Made by a program: the position numbers and the translations under genes. A model generated the notes under the pieces. It was not told the DNA's origin. It did no database searches and was given only the letters and a program-made list of their open reading frames with translations. From assembly GCA_964016885.1 (NCBI GenBank), contig OZ024740.1, positions 211,358,001-211,422,000 of the forward strand: a DNA stretch of 64,000 nt. The letters run 5' to 3'. The DNA comes from Eledone cirrhosa (Eukaryota). Of the stretch, positions 30,001 through 44,751 are shown piece by piece (position 1 is the stretch's first letter; each line of letters starts with the position of its first letter).

Positions 30001-33000
30001 ACAATGAATGTCTCCCATAAAATAATAGTAGAAGGTAGCCATGATAGAAGTTTACAATGAAAGTCTCCCATAAGTTGATAGTAGAAGGTAGCCATGATAG
30101 AAGTTTACAATGAAAGTCTCCCATAAGTTAATAGTAGAAGCTAGCCATGGTAGAAGTTTACAATGAAAGTTTCCCATAAACTGATAGTAGAACGTAGCCA
30201 TGAGAGAAGTTTACAATGAAAGTCTCCCATAAAATGATAGCAGAAGGTAGCCATGAGAGAAGTTTACAATGAAAGTCTCCCATAAGTTGAGAAGTAGAAG
30301 GTAGCCATGATAGAAGTTTACAATGAATGTCTCTCATGAAATAATAGTAGAAGGTAGTCATGATAGAAGTTTACAATGAAAGTCTCCGATAAAATGATAG
30401 CAGAAGGTAGCCATGATAGAAGTTTACAATGAAAGTCCCCCATAAGTTGATAGTAGAAGGTAGCCATGATAGAAGTTTACAATGAATGTCTCTCATGAAA
30501 TAATAGTAGAAGGTAGTCATGATAGAAGTTTACAATGAAAGTCTCCCATAAAATGATAGTAGAAGGTAGCCATGGTAGAAGTTTACAATGAAACACTCCC
30601 ATAAAATGATAGCAGAAGGTAGCCATGAGAGAAGTTTACAATGAAAGTCTCCCATAAGTTAATAGTAGAAGGTAGCATGATAGAAGTTTACAATGAAAGT
30701 CTCCCATAAAATAATAGTAGAAGGTAGCATGATAGAAGTTTACAATGAAAGTCTCCCATAAAATAATAGTGGAAGGTAGCCATGGTAGAAGTTTACAATG
30801 AAAGTCTCCCATAAGTTGATAGTAGAAGGTAGCCATGATAGAAGTTTACAATGAAAGTCTCCCATAAGTTGATAGTAGAAGGTAGCCATGATAGAAGTTT
30901 ACAATGAAAGTCTCCCATAAGTTGATAGTAGAAGGTAGCCATGATAGAAGTTTACAATGAAACACTCCCATAAAATGATAGTAGAAGGTAGCCATGATAG
31001 AAGTTTACAATGAATGTCTCCCATAAATTGATAGTAGAAGGTAGCCATGATAGAAGTTTACAATGAAAGTCTCCTGTAAGTTGATAGTAGAAGGTAGCCA
31101 TGATAGAAGTTTACAATGAAAGTCTCCCATAAGCTGATAGTAGAAGGTAGAGATGATAGAAGTTTACAATGAAAGTCTCCCATAAATTGATAGTAGAAGG
31201 TAGCCATGATAGAAGTTTACAATGAAAGTCTCTCATAAGTTGATAGTAGAAGGTAGCCATGATAGAAGTTTACAATGAAAGTCTCCCATAAAATGATAGT
31301 AGAAGATAGCCATGATAGAAGTTTACAATGAAAGTCTCCCATAAGTTAATAGTAGAAGGTAGCCATGATAGAAGTTTACAATGAAAGTCTCCCATAAAAT
31401 GATAGTAGAAGGTAGCCATGATAGAAGTTTACAATGAAAGTCTCCCATAAGTTAATAGTAGAAGGTAGCCATGATAGAAGTTTACAATGAATGCCTCCCA
31501 TAAGTTGATAGTTAGAAGGTAGCCATGATAGAAGTTTACAATGAATGTCTCCCATAAAATAATAGTAGAAGGTAGCCATGATAGAAGTTTACAATGAAAG
31601 TCTCCCATAAAATGATATTAGAAGGTAGCCATGATAGAAGTTTACAATGAAAGTCTCCCATAAAATGATATTAGAAGGTAGCCATGATAGAAGTTTACAA
31701 TGAAAGTCTCCCATAAGTTGAGAAGTAGAAGGTAGCCATGATAGAAGTTTACAATGAAAGTCTCCCATAAAATGATATTAGAAGGTAGCCATGATAGAAG
31801 TTTACAATGAAAGTCTCCCATAAGTTGATAGTAGAAGGTAGCCATGATAGAAGTTTACAATGAAAGTCTCCCATAAAATGATAGTAGAAGGTAGCCATGA
31901 TAGAAGTTTACAATGAAAGTCTCCCATAAGTTGATAGTAGAAGGTAGCCATGATAGAAGTTTACAATGAAAGTCTCCCATTAAATGATAGTAGAAGGTAG
32001 CCATGATAGAAGTTTACAATGAAAGTCTCCCATAAAATAATAGTAGAAGGTAGCCATGATAGAAGTTTACAATGAAAGTCTCCCATAAGTTAATAGTAGA
32101 AGGTAGCCATGATAGAAGTTTACAATGAAAGTCTCCCATAAGTTGATAGTAGAATGTATCCATGATAGAAGTTTACAATGAAAGTCCCCCATAAGTTGAT
32201 GGTAGAAGGTAGCCATGATAGAAGTTTACAATTAAAGTCCCCCATAAGTTGATAGTAGAAGGTAGCATGATAGAAGTTTACAATGAAAGTCTCCCATAAA
32301 ATAATAGTAGAAGGTAGCATGATAGAAGTTTACAATGAAAGTCTCCCATAAAATAATAGTAGAAGGTAGCCATGATAGAAGTTTACAATGAAAGTCTCCC
32401 ATAAGTTAATAGTAGAAGGTAGCCATGATAGAAGTTTACAATGAAAGTCTCCCATAAGTTGATAGTAGAATGTATCCATGATAGAAGTTTACAATGAAAG
32501 TCCCCCATAAGTTGATGGTAGAAGGTAGCCATGATAGAAGTTTACAATTAAAGTCCCCCATAAGTTGATAGTAGAAGGTAGCCATGATAGAAGTTTACAA
32601 TGAATGTCTCCCATAAAATAATAGTAGAAGGTAGCCATGATAGAAGTTTACAATGAAAGTCTCCCATACGTTAATAGTAGAAGCTAGCCATAGTAGACGT
32701 TTACAATGAAAGTCTCCCATAAGTTGATAGTAGAAGGTAGCCATGATAGAAGTTTACAATGGAAGTCTCCCATAAAAAGATAGTAGAAGGTAGCCATGAT
32801 AGAAGTTTACAATGAAAGTCTCCCATAAGTTGATAGTAGAAGGTAGCCATGATAGAAGTTTACAATGAATGTCTCCCATAAAATAATAGTAGAAGGTAGC
32901 CATGATAGAAGTTTACAATGAAAGTCTCCCATACGTTAATAGTAGAAGCTAGCCATAGTAGACGTTTACAATGAAAGTCTCCCATAAGTTGATAGTAGAA

Positions 33001-36000
33001 GGTAGCCATGATAGAAGTTTACAATGAATGTCTCCCATAAGTTGATAGTAGAAGGTAGCCATGATAGAAGTTTACAATGAATGTCTCCCATAAAATAATA
33101 GTAGAAGGTAGCCATGATAGAAGTTTACAATGAAAGTCTCCCATAAGTTGATAGTAGAAGGTAGCCATGATAGAAGTTTACAATGAAAGTCTCCCATAAG
33201 TTAATAGTAGAAGCTAGCCATGGTAGAAGTTTAAAATGAAAGTTTCCCATGAACTGATAGTAGAACGTAGCCATGAGAGAAGTTTACAATGAAAGTCTCC
33301 CATAAAATGATAGCAGAAGGTAGCCATGAGAGAAGTTTACAATGAAAGTCTCCCATAAGTTGAGAAGTAGAAGGTAGCCATGATAGAAGTTTACAATGAA
33401 TGTCTCTCATGAAATAATAGTAGAAGGTAGTCATGATAGAAGTTTACAATGAAAGTCTCCGATAAAATGATAGCAGAAGGTAGCCATGATAGAAGTTTAC
33501 AATGAAAGTCCCCCATAAGTTGATAGTAGAAGGTAGCCATGATAGAAGTTTACAATGAATGTCTCTCATGAAATAATAGTAGAAGGTAGTCATGATAGAA
33601 GTTTACAATGAAAGTCTCCCATAAAATGATAGTAGAAGGTAGCCATGGTAGAAGTTTACAATGAAACACTCCCATAAAATGATAGCAGAAGGTAGCCATG
33701 AGAGAAGTTTACAATGAAAGTCTCCCATAAGTTAATAGTAGAAGGTAGCATGATAGAAGTTTACAATGAAAGTCTCCCATAAAATAATAGTAGAAGGTAG
33801 CATGATAGAAGTTTACAATGAAAGTCTCCCATAAAATAATAGTGGAAGGTAGCCATGGTAGAAGTTTACAATGAAAGTCTCCCATAAGTTGATAGTAGAA
33901 GGTAGCCATGATAGAAGTTTACAATGAAAGTCTCCCATAAGTTGATAGTAGAAGGTAGCCATGATAGAAGTTTACAATGAAAGTCTCCCATAAGTTGATA
34001 GTAGAAGGTAGCCATGATAGAAGTTTACTATGAAACACTCCCATAAAATGATAGTAGAAGGTAGCCATGATAGAAGTTTACAATGAATGTCTCCCATAAA
34101 TTGATAGTAGAAGGTAGCCCTGATAGAAGTTAACAATGAAAGTCTCCTGTAAGTTGATAGTAGAAGGTAGCCATGATAGAAGTTTACAATGAAAGTCTCC
34201 CATAAGCTGATAGTAGAAGGTAGAGATGATAGAAGTTTACAATGAAAGTCTCCCATAAATTGATAGTAGAAGGTAGCCATGATAGAAGTTTACAATGAAA
34301 GTCTCTCATAAGTTGATAGTAGAAGGTAGCCATGATAGAAGTTTACAATGAAAGTCTCCCATAAAATGATAGTAGAAGATAGCCATGATAGAAGTTTACA
34401 ATGAAAGTCTCCCATAAGTTAATAGTAGAAGGTAGCCATGATAGAAGTTTACAATGAAAGTCTCCCATAAAATGATAGTAGAAGGTAGCCATGATAGAAG
34501 TTTACAATGAAAGTCTCCCATAAGTTAATAGTAGAAGGTAGCCATGATAGAAGTTTACAATGAAAGTCTCCCATAAGCTGGTAGTAGAAGGTAGCCATGA
34601 TAGAAGTTTACAATGAATGCCTCCCATAAGTTGATAGTAGAAGGTAGCCATGATAGAAGTTTACAATGAATGTCTCCCATAAAATAATAGTAGAAGGTAG
34701 CCATGATAGAAGTTTACAATGAAAGTCTCCCATAAGTTGATAGTAGAAGGTAGCCATGATAGAAGTTTACAATGAAAGTCTCCCATAAGTTGAGAAGTAG
34801 AAGGTAGCCATGATAGAAGTTTACAATGAATGTCTCTCATGAAATAATAGTAGAAGGTAGTCATGATAGAAGTTTACAATGAAAGTCTCCGATAAAATGA
34901 TAGCAGAAGGTAGCCATGATAGAAGTTTACAATGAAAGTCCCCCATAAGTTGATAGTAGAAGGTAGCCATGATAGAAGTTTACAATGAATGTCTCTCATG
35001 AAATAATAGTAGAAGGTAGTCATGATAGAAGTTTACAATGAAAGTCTCCCATAAAATGATAGTTGAAGGTAGCCATGGTAGAAGTTTACAATGAAACACT
35101 CCCATAAAATGATAGCAGAAGGTAGCCATGAGAGAAGTTTACAATGAAAGTCTCCCATAAGTTAATAGTAGAAGGTAGCATGATAGAAGTTTACAATGAA
35201 AGTCTCCCATAAAATAATAGTAGAAGGTAGCATGATAGAAGTTTACAATGAAAGTCTCCCATAAAATAATAGTGGAAGGTAGCCATGGTAGAAGTTTACA
35301 ATGAAAGTCTCCCATAAGTTGATAGTAGAAGGTAGCCATGATAGAAGTTTACAATGAAAGTCTCCCATAAGTTGATAGTAGAAGGTAGCCATGATAGAAG
35401 TTTACAATGAAAGTCTCCCATAAGTTGATAGTAGAAGGTAGCCATGATAGAAGTTTACAATGAAACACTCCCATAAAATGATAGTAGAAGGTAGCCATGA
35501 TAGAAGTTTACAATGAATGTCTCCCATAAATTGATAGTAGAAGGTAGCCATGATAGAAGTTTACAATGAAAGTCTCCTGTAAGTTGATAGTAGAAGGTAG
35601 CCATGATAGAAGTTTACAATGAAAGTCTCCCATAAGCTGATAGTAGAAGGTAGAGATGATAGAAGTTTACAATGAAAGTCTCCCATAAATTGATAGTAGA
35701 AGGTAGCCATGATAGAAGTTTACAATGAAAGTCTCTCATAAGTTGATAGTAGAAGGTAGCCATGATAGAAGTTTACAATGAAAGTCTCCCATAAAATGAT
35801 AGTAGAAGATAGCCATGATAGAAGTTTACAATGAAAGTCTCCCATAAGTTAATAGTAGAAGGTAGCCATGATAGAAGTTTACAATGAAAGTCTCCCATAA
35901 AATGATAGTAGAAGGTAGCCATGATAGAAGTTTACAATGAAAGTCTCCCATAAGTTAATAGTAGAAGGTAGCCATGATAGAAGTTTACAATGAATGCCTC

Positions 36001-39000
36001 CCATAAGTTGATAGTTAGAAGGTAGCCATGATAGAAGTTTACAATGAATGTCTCCCATAAAATAATAGTAGAAGGTAGCCATGATAGAAGTTTACAATGA
36101 AAGTCTCCCATAAAATGATATTAGAAGGTAGCCATGATAGAAGTTTACAATGAAAGTCTCCCATAAAATGATATTAGAAGGTAGCCATGATAGAAGTTTA
36201 CAATGAAAGTCTCCCATAAGTTGAGAAGTAGAAGGTAGCCATGATAGAAGTTTACAATGAAAGTCTCCCATAAAATGATATTAGAAGGTAGCCATGATAG
36301 AAGTTTACAATGAAAGTCTCCCATAAGTTAATAGTAGAAGGTAGCCATGATAGAAGTTTACAATGAAAGTCTCCCATAAAATGATAGTAGAAGGTAGCCA
36401 TGATAGAAGTTTACAATGAAAGTCTCCCATAAGTTAATAGTAGAAGGTAGCCATGATAGAAGTTTACAATGAATGCCTCCCATAAGTTGATAGTTAGAAG
36501 GTAGCCATGATAGAAGTTTACAATGAATGTCTCCCATAAAATAATAGTAGAAGGTAGCCATGATAGAAGTTTACAATGAAAGTCTCCCATAAAATGATAT
36601 TAGAAGGTAGCCATGATAGAAGTTTACAATGAAAGTCTCCCATAAAATGATATTAGAAGGTAGCCATGATAGAAGTTTACAATGAAAGTCTCCCATAAGT
36701 TGAGAAGTAGAAGGTAGCCATGATAGAAGTTTACAATGAAAGTCTCCCATAAAATGATATTAGAAGGTAGCCATGATAGAAGTTTACAATGAAAGTCTCC
36801 CATAAGTTGATAGTAGAAGGTAGCCATGATAGAAGTTTACAATGAAAGTCTCCCATAAAATGATAGTAGAAGGTAGCCATGATAGAAGTTTACAATGAAA
36901 GTCTCCCATAAGTTGATAGTAGAAGGTAGCCATGATAGAAGTTTACAATGAAAGTCTCCCATTAAATGATAGTAGAAGGTAGCCATGATAGAAGTTTACA
37001 ATGAAAGTCTCCCATAAAATAATAGTAGAAGGTAGCCATGATAGAAGTTTACAATGAAAGTCTCCCATAAGTTAATAGTAGAAGGTAGCCATGATAGAAG
37101 TTTACAATGAAAGTCTCCCATAAGTTGATAGTAGAATGTATCCATGATAGAAGTTTACAATGAAAGTCCCCCATAAGTTGATGGTAGAAGGTAGCCATGA
37201 TAGAAGTTTACAATTAAAGTCCCCCATAAGTTGATAGTAGAAGGTAGCATGATAGAAGTTTACAATGAAAGTCTCCCATAAAATAATAGTAGAAGGTAGC
37301 ATGATAGAAGTTTACAATGAAAGTCTCCCATAAAATAATAGTAGAAGGTAGCCATGATAGAAGTTTACAATGAAAGTCTCCCATAAGTTAATAGTAGAAG
37401 GTAGCCATGATAGAAGTTTACAATGAAAGTCTCCCATAAGTTGATAGTAGAATGTATCCATGATAGAAGTTTACAATGAAAGTCCCCCATAAGTTGATGG
37501 TAGAAGGTAGCCATGATAGAAGTTTACAATTAAAGTCCCCCATAAGTTGATAGTAGAAGGTAGCCATGATAGAAGTTTACAATGAATGTCTCCCATAAAA
37601 TAATAGTAGAAGGTAGCCATGATAGAAGTTTACAATGAAAGTCTCCCATACGTTAATAGTAGAAGCTAGCCATAGTAGACGTTTACAATGAAAGTCTCCC
37701 ATAAGTTGATAGTAGAAGGTAGCCATGATAGAAGTTTACAATGGAAGTCTCCCATAAAAAGATAGTAGAAGGTAGCCATGATAGAAGTTTACAATGAAAG
37801 TCTCCCATAAGTTGATAGTAGAAGGTAGCCATGATAGAAGTTTACAATGAATGTCTCCCATAAAATAATAGTAGAAGGTAGCCATGATAGAAGTTTACAA
37901 TGAAAGTCTCCCATACGTTAATAGTAGAAGCTAGCCATAGTAGACGTTTACAATGAAAGTCTCCCATAAGTTGATAGTAGAAGGTAGCCATGATAGAAGT
38001 TTACAATGAATGTCTCCCATAAGTTGATAGTAGAAGGTAGCCATGATAGAAGTTTACAATGAATGTCTCCCATAAGTTGATAGTAGAAGGTAGCCATGAT
38101 AGAAGTTTACAATGAAAGTCTCCCATAAGTTGATAGTAGAAGGTAGCCATGATAGAAGTTTACAATGAAAGTCTCCCATAAGTTAATAGTAGAAGCTAGC
38201 CATGGTAGAAGTTTAAAATGAAAGTTTCCCATGAACTGATAGTAGAACGTAGCCATGAGAGAAGTTTACAATGAAAGTCTCCCATAAAATGATAGCAGAA
38301 GGTAGCCATGAGAGAAGTTTACAATGAAAGTCTCCCATAAGTTGAGAAGTAGAAGGTAGCCATGATAGAAGTTTACAATGAATGTCTCTCATGAAATAAT
38401 AGTAGAAGGTAGTCATGATAGAAGTTTACAATGAAAGTCTCCGATAAAATGATAGCAGAAGGTAGCCATGATAGAAGTTTACAATGAAAGTCCCCCATAA
38501 GTTGATAGTAGAAGGTAGCCATGATAGAAGTTTACAATGAATGTCTCTCATGAAATAATAGTAGAAGGTAGTCATGATAGAAGTTTACAATGAAAGTCTC
38601 CCATAAAATGATAGTAGAAGGTAGCCATGGTAGAAGTTTACAATGAAACACTCCCATAAAATGATAGCAGAAGGTAGCCATGAGAGAAGTTTACAATGAA
38701 AGTCTCCCATAAGTTAATAGTAGAAGGTAGCATGATAGAAGTTTACAATGAAAGTCTCCCATAAAATAATAGTAGAAGGTAGCATGATAGAAGTTTACAA
38801 TGAAAGTCTCCCATAAAATAATAGTGGAAGGTAGCCATGGTAGAAGTTTACAATGAAAGTCTCCCATAAGTTGATAGTAGAAGGTAGCCATGATAGAAGT
38901 TTACAATGAAAGTCTCCCATAAGTTGATAGTAGAAGGTAGCCATGATAGAAGTTTACAATGAAAGTCTCCCATAAGTTGATAGTAGAAGGTAGCCATGAT

Positions 39001-42000
39001 AGAAGTTTACTATGAAACACTCCCATAAAATGATAGTAGAAGGTAGCCATGATAGAAGTTTACAATGAATGTCTCCCATAAATTGATAGTAGAAGGTAGC
39101 CCTGATAGAAGTTAACAATGAAAGTCTCCTGTAAGTTGATAGTAGAAGGTAGCCATGATAGAAGTTTACAATGAAAGTCTCCCATAAGCTGATAGTAGAA
39201 GGTAGAGATGATAGAAGTTTACAATGAAAGTCTCCCATAAATTGATAGTAGAAGGTAGCCATGATAGAAGTTTACAATGAAAGTCTCTCATAAGTTGATA
39301 GTAGAAGGTAGCCATGATAGAAGTTTACAATGAAAGTCTCCCATAAAATGATAGTAGAAGATAGCCATGATAGAAGTTTACAATGAAAGTCTCCCATAAG
39401 TTAATAGTAGAAGGTAGCCATGATAGAAGTTTACAATGAAAGTCTCCCATAAAATGATAGTAGAAGGTAGCCATGATAGAAGTTTACAATGAAAGTCTCC
39501 CATAAGTTAATAGTAGAAGGTAGCCATGATAGAAGTTTACAATGAAAGTCTCCCATAAGCTGGTAGTAGAAGGTAGCCATGATAGAAGTTTACAATGAAT
39601 GCCTCCCATAAGTTGATAGTAGAAGGTAGCCATGATAGAAGTTTACAATGAATGTCTCCCATAAAATAATAGTAGAAGGTAGCCATGATAGAAGTTTACA
39701 ATGAAAGTCTCCCATAAGTTGATAGTAGAAGGTAGCCATGATAGAAGTTTACAATGAAAGTCTCCCATAAGTTAATAGTAGAAGCTAGCCATGGTAGAAG
39801 TTTACAATGAAAGTTTCCCATAAACTGATAGTAGAACGTAGCCATGAGAGAAGTTTACAATGAAAGTCTCCCATAAAATGATAGCAGAAGGTAGCCATGA
39901 GAGAAGTTTACAATGAAAGTCTCCCATAAGTTGAGAAGTAGAAGGTAGCCATGATAGAAGTTTACAATGAATGTCTCTCATGAAATAATAGTAGAAGGTA
40001 GTCATGATAGAAGTTTACAATGAAAGTCTCCGATAAAATGATAGCAGAAGGTAGCCATGATAGAAGTTTACAATGAAAGTCCCCCATAAGTTGATAGTAG
40101 AAGGTAGCCATGATAGAAGTTTACAATGAATGTCTCTCATGAAATAATAGTAGAAGGTAGTCATGATAGAAGTTTACAATGAAAGTCTCCCATAAAATGA
40201 TAGTAGAAGGTAGCCATGGTAGAAGTTTACAATGAAACACTCCCATAAAATGATAGCAGAAGGTAGCCATGAGAGAAGTTTACAATGAAAGTCTCCCATA
40301 AGTTAATAGTAGAAGGTAGCATGATAGAAGTTTACAATGAAAGTCTCCCATAAAATAATAGTAGAAGGTAGCATGATAGAAGTTTACAATGAAAGTCTCC
40401 CATAAAATAATAGTGGAAGGTAGCCATGGTAGAAGTTTACAATGAAAGTCTCCCATAAGTTGATAGTAGAAGGTAGCCATGATAGAAGTTTACAATGAAA
40501 GTCTCCCATAAGTTGATAGTAGAAGGTAGCCATGATAGAAGTTTACAATGAAAGTCTCCCATAAGTTGATAGTAGAAGGTAGCCATGATAGAAGTTTACA
40601 ATGAAACACTCCCATAAAATGATAGTAGAAGGTAGCCATGATAGAAGTTTACAATGAATGTCTCCCATAAATTGATAGTAGAAGGTAGCCATGATAGAAG
40701 TTTACAATGAAAGTCTCCTGTAAGTTGATAGTAGAAGGTAGCCATGATAGAAGTTTACAATGAAAGTCTCCCATAAGCTGATAGTAGAAGGTAGAGATGA
40801 TAGAAGTTTACAATGAAAGTCTCCCATAAATTGATAGTAGAAGGTAGCCATGATAGAAGTTTACAATGAAAGTCTCTCATAAGTTGATAGTAGAAGGTAG
40901 CCATGATAGAAGTTTACAATGAAAGTCTCCCATAAAATGATAGTAGAAGATAGCCATGATAGAAGTTTACAATGAAAGTCTCCCATAAGTTAATAGTAGA
41001 AGGTAGCCATGATAGAAGTTTACAATGAAAGTCTCCCATAAAATGATAGTAGAAGGTAGCCATGATAGAAGTTTACAATGAAAGTCTCCCATAAGTTAAT
41101 AGTAGAAGGTAGCCATGATAGAAGTTTACAATGAATGCCTCCCATAAGTTGATAGTTAGAAGGTAGCCATGATAGAAGTTTACAATGAATGTCTCCCATA
41201 AAATAATAGTAGAAGGTAGCCATGATAGAAGTTTACAATGAAAGTCTCCCATAAAATGATATTAGAAGGTAGCCATGATAGAAGTTTACAATGAAAGTCT
41301 CCCATAAAATGATATTAGAAGGTAGCCATGATAGAAGTTTACAATGAAAGTCTCCCATAAGTTGAGAAGTAGAAGGTAGCCATGATAGAAGTTTACAATG
41401 AAAGTCTCCCATAAAATGATATTAGAAGGTAGCCATGATAGAAGTTTACAATGAAAGTCTCCCATAAGTTGATAGTAGAAGGTAGCCATGATAGAAGTTT
41501 ACAATGAAAGTCTCCCATAAAATGATAGTAGAAGGTAGCCATGATAGAAGTTTACAATGAAAGTCTCCCATAAGTTGATAGTAGAAGGTAGCCATGATAG
41601 AAGTTTACAATGAAAGTCTCCCATTAAATGATAGTAGAAGGTAGCCATGATAGAAGTTTACAATGAAAGTCTCCCATTAAATGATAGTAGAAGGTAGCCA
41701 TGATAGAAGTTTACAATGAAAATCTCCCATTAAATGATAGTAGAAGGTAGCCATGATAGAAGTTTACAATGAAAGTCTCCCATAAAATGATAGTAGTAGG
41801 TAGCCATGATAGAAGTTTACAATGAAAGTCTCCCATAAGTTGATAGTAGAAGGCAGCCATGATAGAAGTTTACAATGAAAGTCTCCCATAAGTTGATAGT
41901 AGAAGGTAGCCATGATAGAAGTTTACAATGAAAGTCCCCCATAAGTTGATAGTAGAAGGTAGCCATGATAGAAGTTTACAATGAAAGTCTCCCATTAAAT

Positions 42001-43308
42001 GATAGTAGAAGGTAGCCATGATAGAAGTTTACAATGAAAGTCTCCCATAAGTTGATAGTAGAAGATAGCCATGATAGAAGTTTACAATGAAAGTCTCCCA
42101 TAAAATGATAGTAGAAGGTAGCCATGATAGAAGTTTACAATGAAAGTCTCCCATTAAATGATAGTAGAAGGTAGCCATGATAGAAGTTTACAATGAAAGT
42201 CTCCCATTAAATGATAGTAGAAGGTAGCCATGATAGAAGTTTACAATGAAAGTCTCCCATTAAATGATAGTAGAAAGTAGCCATGATAGAAGTTTGCAAT
42301 GAAAGTCTCGCATAAGCTGATAGTAGAAGGTAGCCATGATAGAAGTTTACAATGAAAGTCTCCCATAAGTTGATAGTAGAAGGTAGCCATGATAGAAGTT
42401 TACAATGAAAGTCTCCCATAAGTTGATAGTAGAATGTAGCCATGATAGAAGTTTACAATGAAAGTCTCCCATAAGTTAATAGTAGATGGTAGTCATGATA
42501 GAAGTTTACAATCAAAGTCTCCCATAAGTTGATAGTAGAACGTAGCCAGGAATGAAGTTTCCAATGAAAGTCTCCCTTAAAATGATAGTAGAAGGTAGCC
42601 ATGATAGAAGTTTACAATGATAGTCTCCCATAAGTTGATAGTAGAAGGTAGCCATGATAGAAGTTTACAATGAAAGTCTCTCATAAAATGATAGTAGAAA
42701 GTAGCCATGATAGAAGTTTACAATGAAAGTCTCCCATATGTTGATAGTAGAAGGTAGCTATGATAGAAGTTTACAATGAGAGTCTCCCATAAATTGATAG
42801 TAGAAGGTAGCCATGATAGAACTTTACAATGAAAGTCTCCCATATGTTGATAGTAGAAGGTAGCCATGATAGAAGTTTACAATGAATGTCTCCCATAAGT
42901 TGATAGTAGAAGTTAGCTATGATAGAAGTTTACAATGAAAGTCTCCCATAAGTTGATAGTAGAAGATAGCCATGATAGAAGTTTACAATGAAAGTCTCCC
43001 ATAAAATGATAGTAGAATGTAGCCATGATAGAATTTTACAATGAAAGTCTCCCATAAAATGATAGTAGAAGGTAGCCATGATAGAAGTTTACAATGAAAG
43101 TCTCCCATAAAATGATAGTCGAAGGTAGCCATGATAGAAGTTTACAATGAAAGCCCCCCATAAGTTGATAGTAGAAGGTAGTCATGATAGAAGTTTACAA
43201 TGAAAGTCTCCCATAAAATGATAGAAGGTAGCCATGATAGAAGTTTACAATTAAAGTCTCCCATAAGTTGATAGTAGAAGGTAGCCATGATAGAAGGTTA
43301 CAATGAAA
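1..43308. repeat. 53-bp tandem satellite array (~815 monomers, open at the left window edge)
   Basis: Consensus TGATAGAAGTTTACAATGAAAGTCTCCCATAA(GTTG/AATG/AATA)ATAGTAGAAGGTAGCCA repeated head-to-tail, with no insertion or inversion seen. Occasional 52- and 54-bp variants. Ends abruptly at ...GGTTACAATGAAAA (~43,308). Confidence 0.99.
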
Positions 43309-43473
43309 ATACTGGAATGAATGTATTTCTATCAGATCCAAGAATATTGAATTCCTCCAACAACAGTACTGAACTGAGATGCAGAAAGAATGCAATATGA
43401 CAAACACACACATACACACTTAACTGAAGTCAGCATGAGGAAATTCTTGTTAATATGATGATTGTATTAACAT

Positions 43474-43690
43474 CTAGTGAGTATAGAATTGGTAGAGCAT
43501 CGAATAAAATACCAGTCCTGTGTTTGTTTCTGGTTCTTTACATTCTGAGTTCAAACCTTACCGAGGTCAACTTTGCCTTTCAACCTTCCAGGGTCGTAAA
43601 AACAAAGTACCAGTCATATACTGGGTTGGTTTGATTATCTGCCCTTTACCCCAAACGTGCTGGCTTTGTGCCTAAATTAGAAATCAATAT
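43474..43690 (+). mobile_element. Decayed tRNA-derived SINE (octopus-type)
   Basis: B-box-like GAGTTCAAACC at 43,547, followed by CCGAGGTCAACTTTGCCTTTCA...AAGTACCAGT...CTGGCTTTGTGCCTAAATTAGAAA. Resembles an abundant octopus SINE body as recalled; not searched. Confidence 0.7.
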
Positions 43691-44751
43691 GATCGAATCC
43701 TTGCTACTGATACTATCTTAGCAATTTCAAGGAATCATAAGAGAATTTGATGGTTAAACCCCAAAAGAGTGCTGAAAAACATTTTGTTTGGGTGTCACCA
43801 CCATAATTACCATATTAAAAATATTAATCTAAATAGACACATTATATAAATCAAATTCACTTTACTTTTTGATCCCAAATAATAGGAGAGGTTGGAAAAT
43901 TGTTAATTTTTCAAGGCTGTCTCCATTAATTAAAAAACAACAGAATTAGTCCCTTAGTTTACATATTGAGACCCTGACCCATCCTATTTATTTTATAATG
44001 TATGAGATTTCTAGTAATGTATTTTTTTGTCATGTATAATATTTTTTAATGTAGAAAATGAATTATTGCAAAAATGCTACCACTTAAAATAAAATTTCAC
44101 TGGAGATAGATTAGGGGGGTTGGAAAACTATCTGAAAAGTTAATAAGTTTGGGGGAGATGATGATTTGCGATCTGAGAGTATCTATTTATATATGCATCT
44201 ACAAATAAGACCTACACAAAAATATGTATATCATTATTACTATCATTAACATCATCATCAGCAGCATCAATTAAATATCTGTTTCTCACATTAATATAGA
44301 TTAAATGGTTTTGCATATATCTTCAATCATTCTTATCCTATGTTACTTAATCTGTTAGATTCGACAACCTACTACAAATCTTATTGAATTACATACCTTG
44401 AATCCTTTTTGTTATCTAACCCTGGCCGTATTACCCTTTGCTTCTACTTCATATATACGATATTATATTTCTATATCAGTAGAGTCATACATCTTACATA
44501 GCATAATCAATTCTACTGAAATGTAGTTACCTTCTTAACTTTGTTGTACTCACTGTTTCATGTTCTCATTGACTATCTGCTGAAACCAACTCATTTTTAT
44601 ACACTTCTCAAGTTGCTCTTTATATTTCATTAACAAACTTCCCTATACATTTAGTCATTCAACATTAACATTTCCTTGGCATTCTTCTACAGCCATAACC
44701 CAATAAATATGTTACACTAACCCCAGATCTATTACTGACCAGTTTTCTACT

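Noticed and set aside
1-43308. CRISPR-like array of regularly spaced repeats
   Set aside because: There are no unique spacers: the whole 53-bp unit repeats with only point variants. No cas genes are present and the context is eukaryotic.
4238-43419. Dozens of 66-102 aa minus-strand ORFs (MATFYY...)
   Set aside because: They are translations of the satellite. Their lengths depend on indel variants that skip the recurring stop, so they are useful only as HOR markers.
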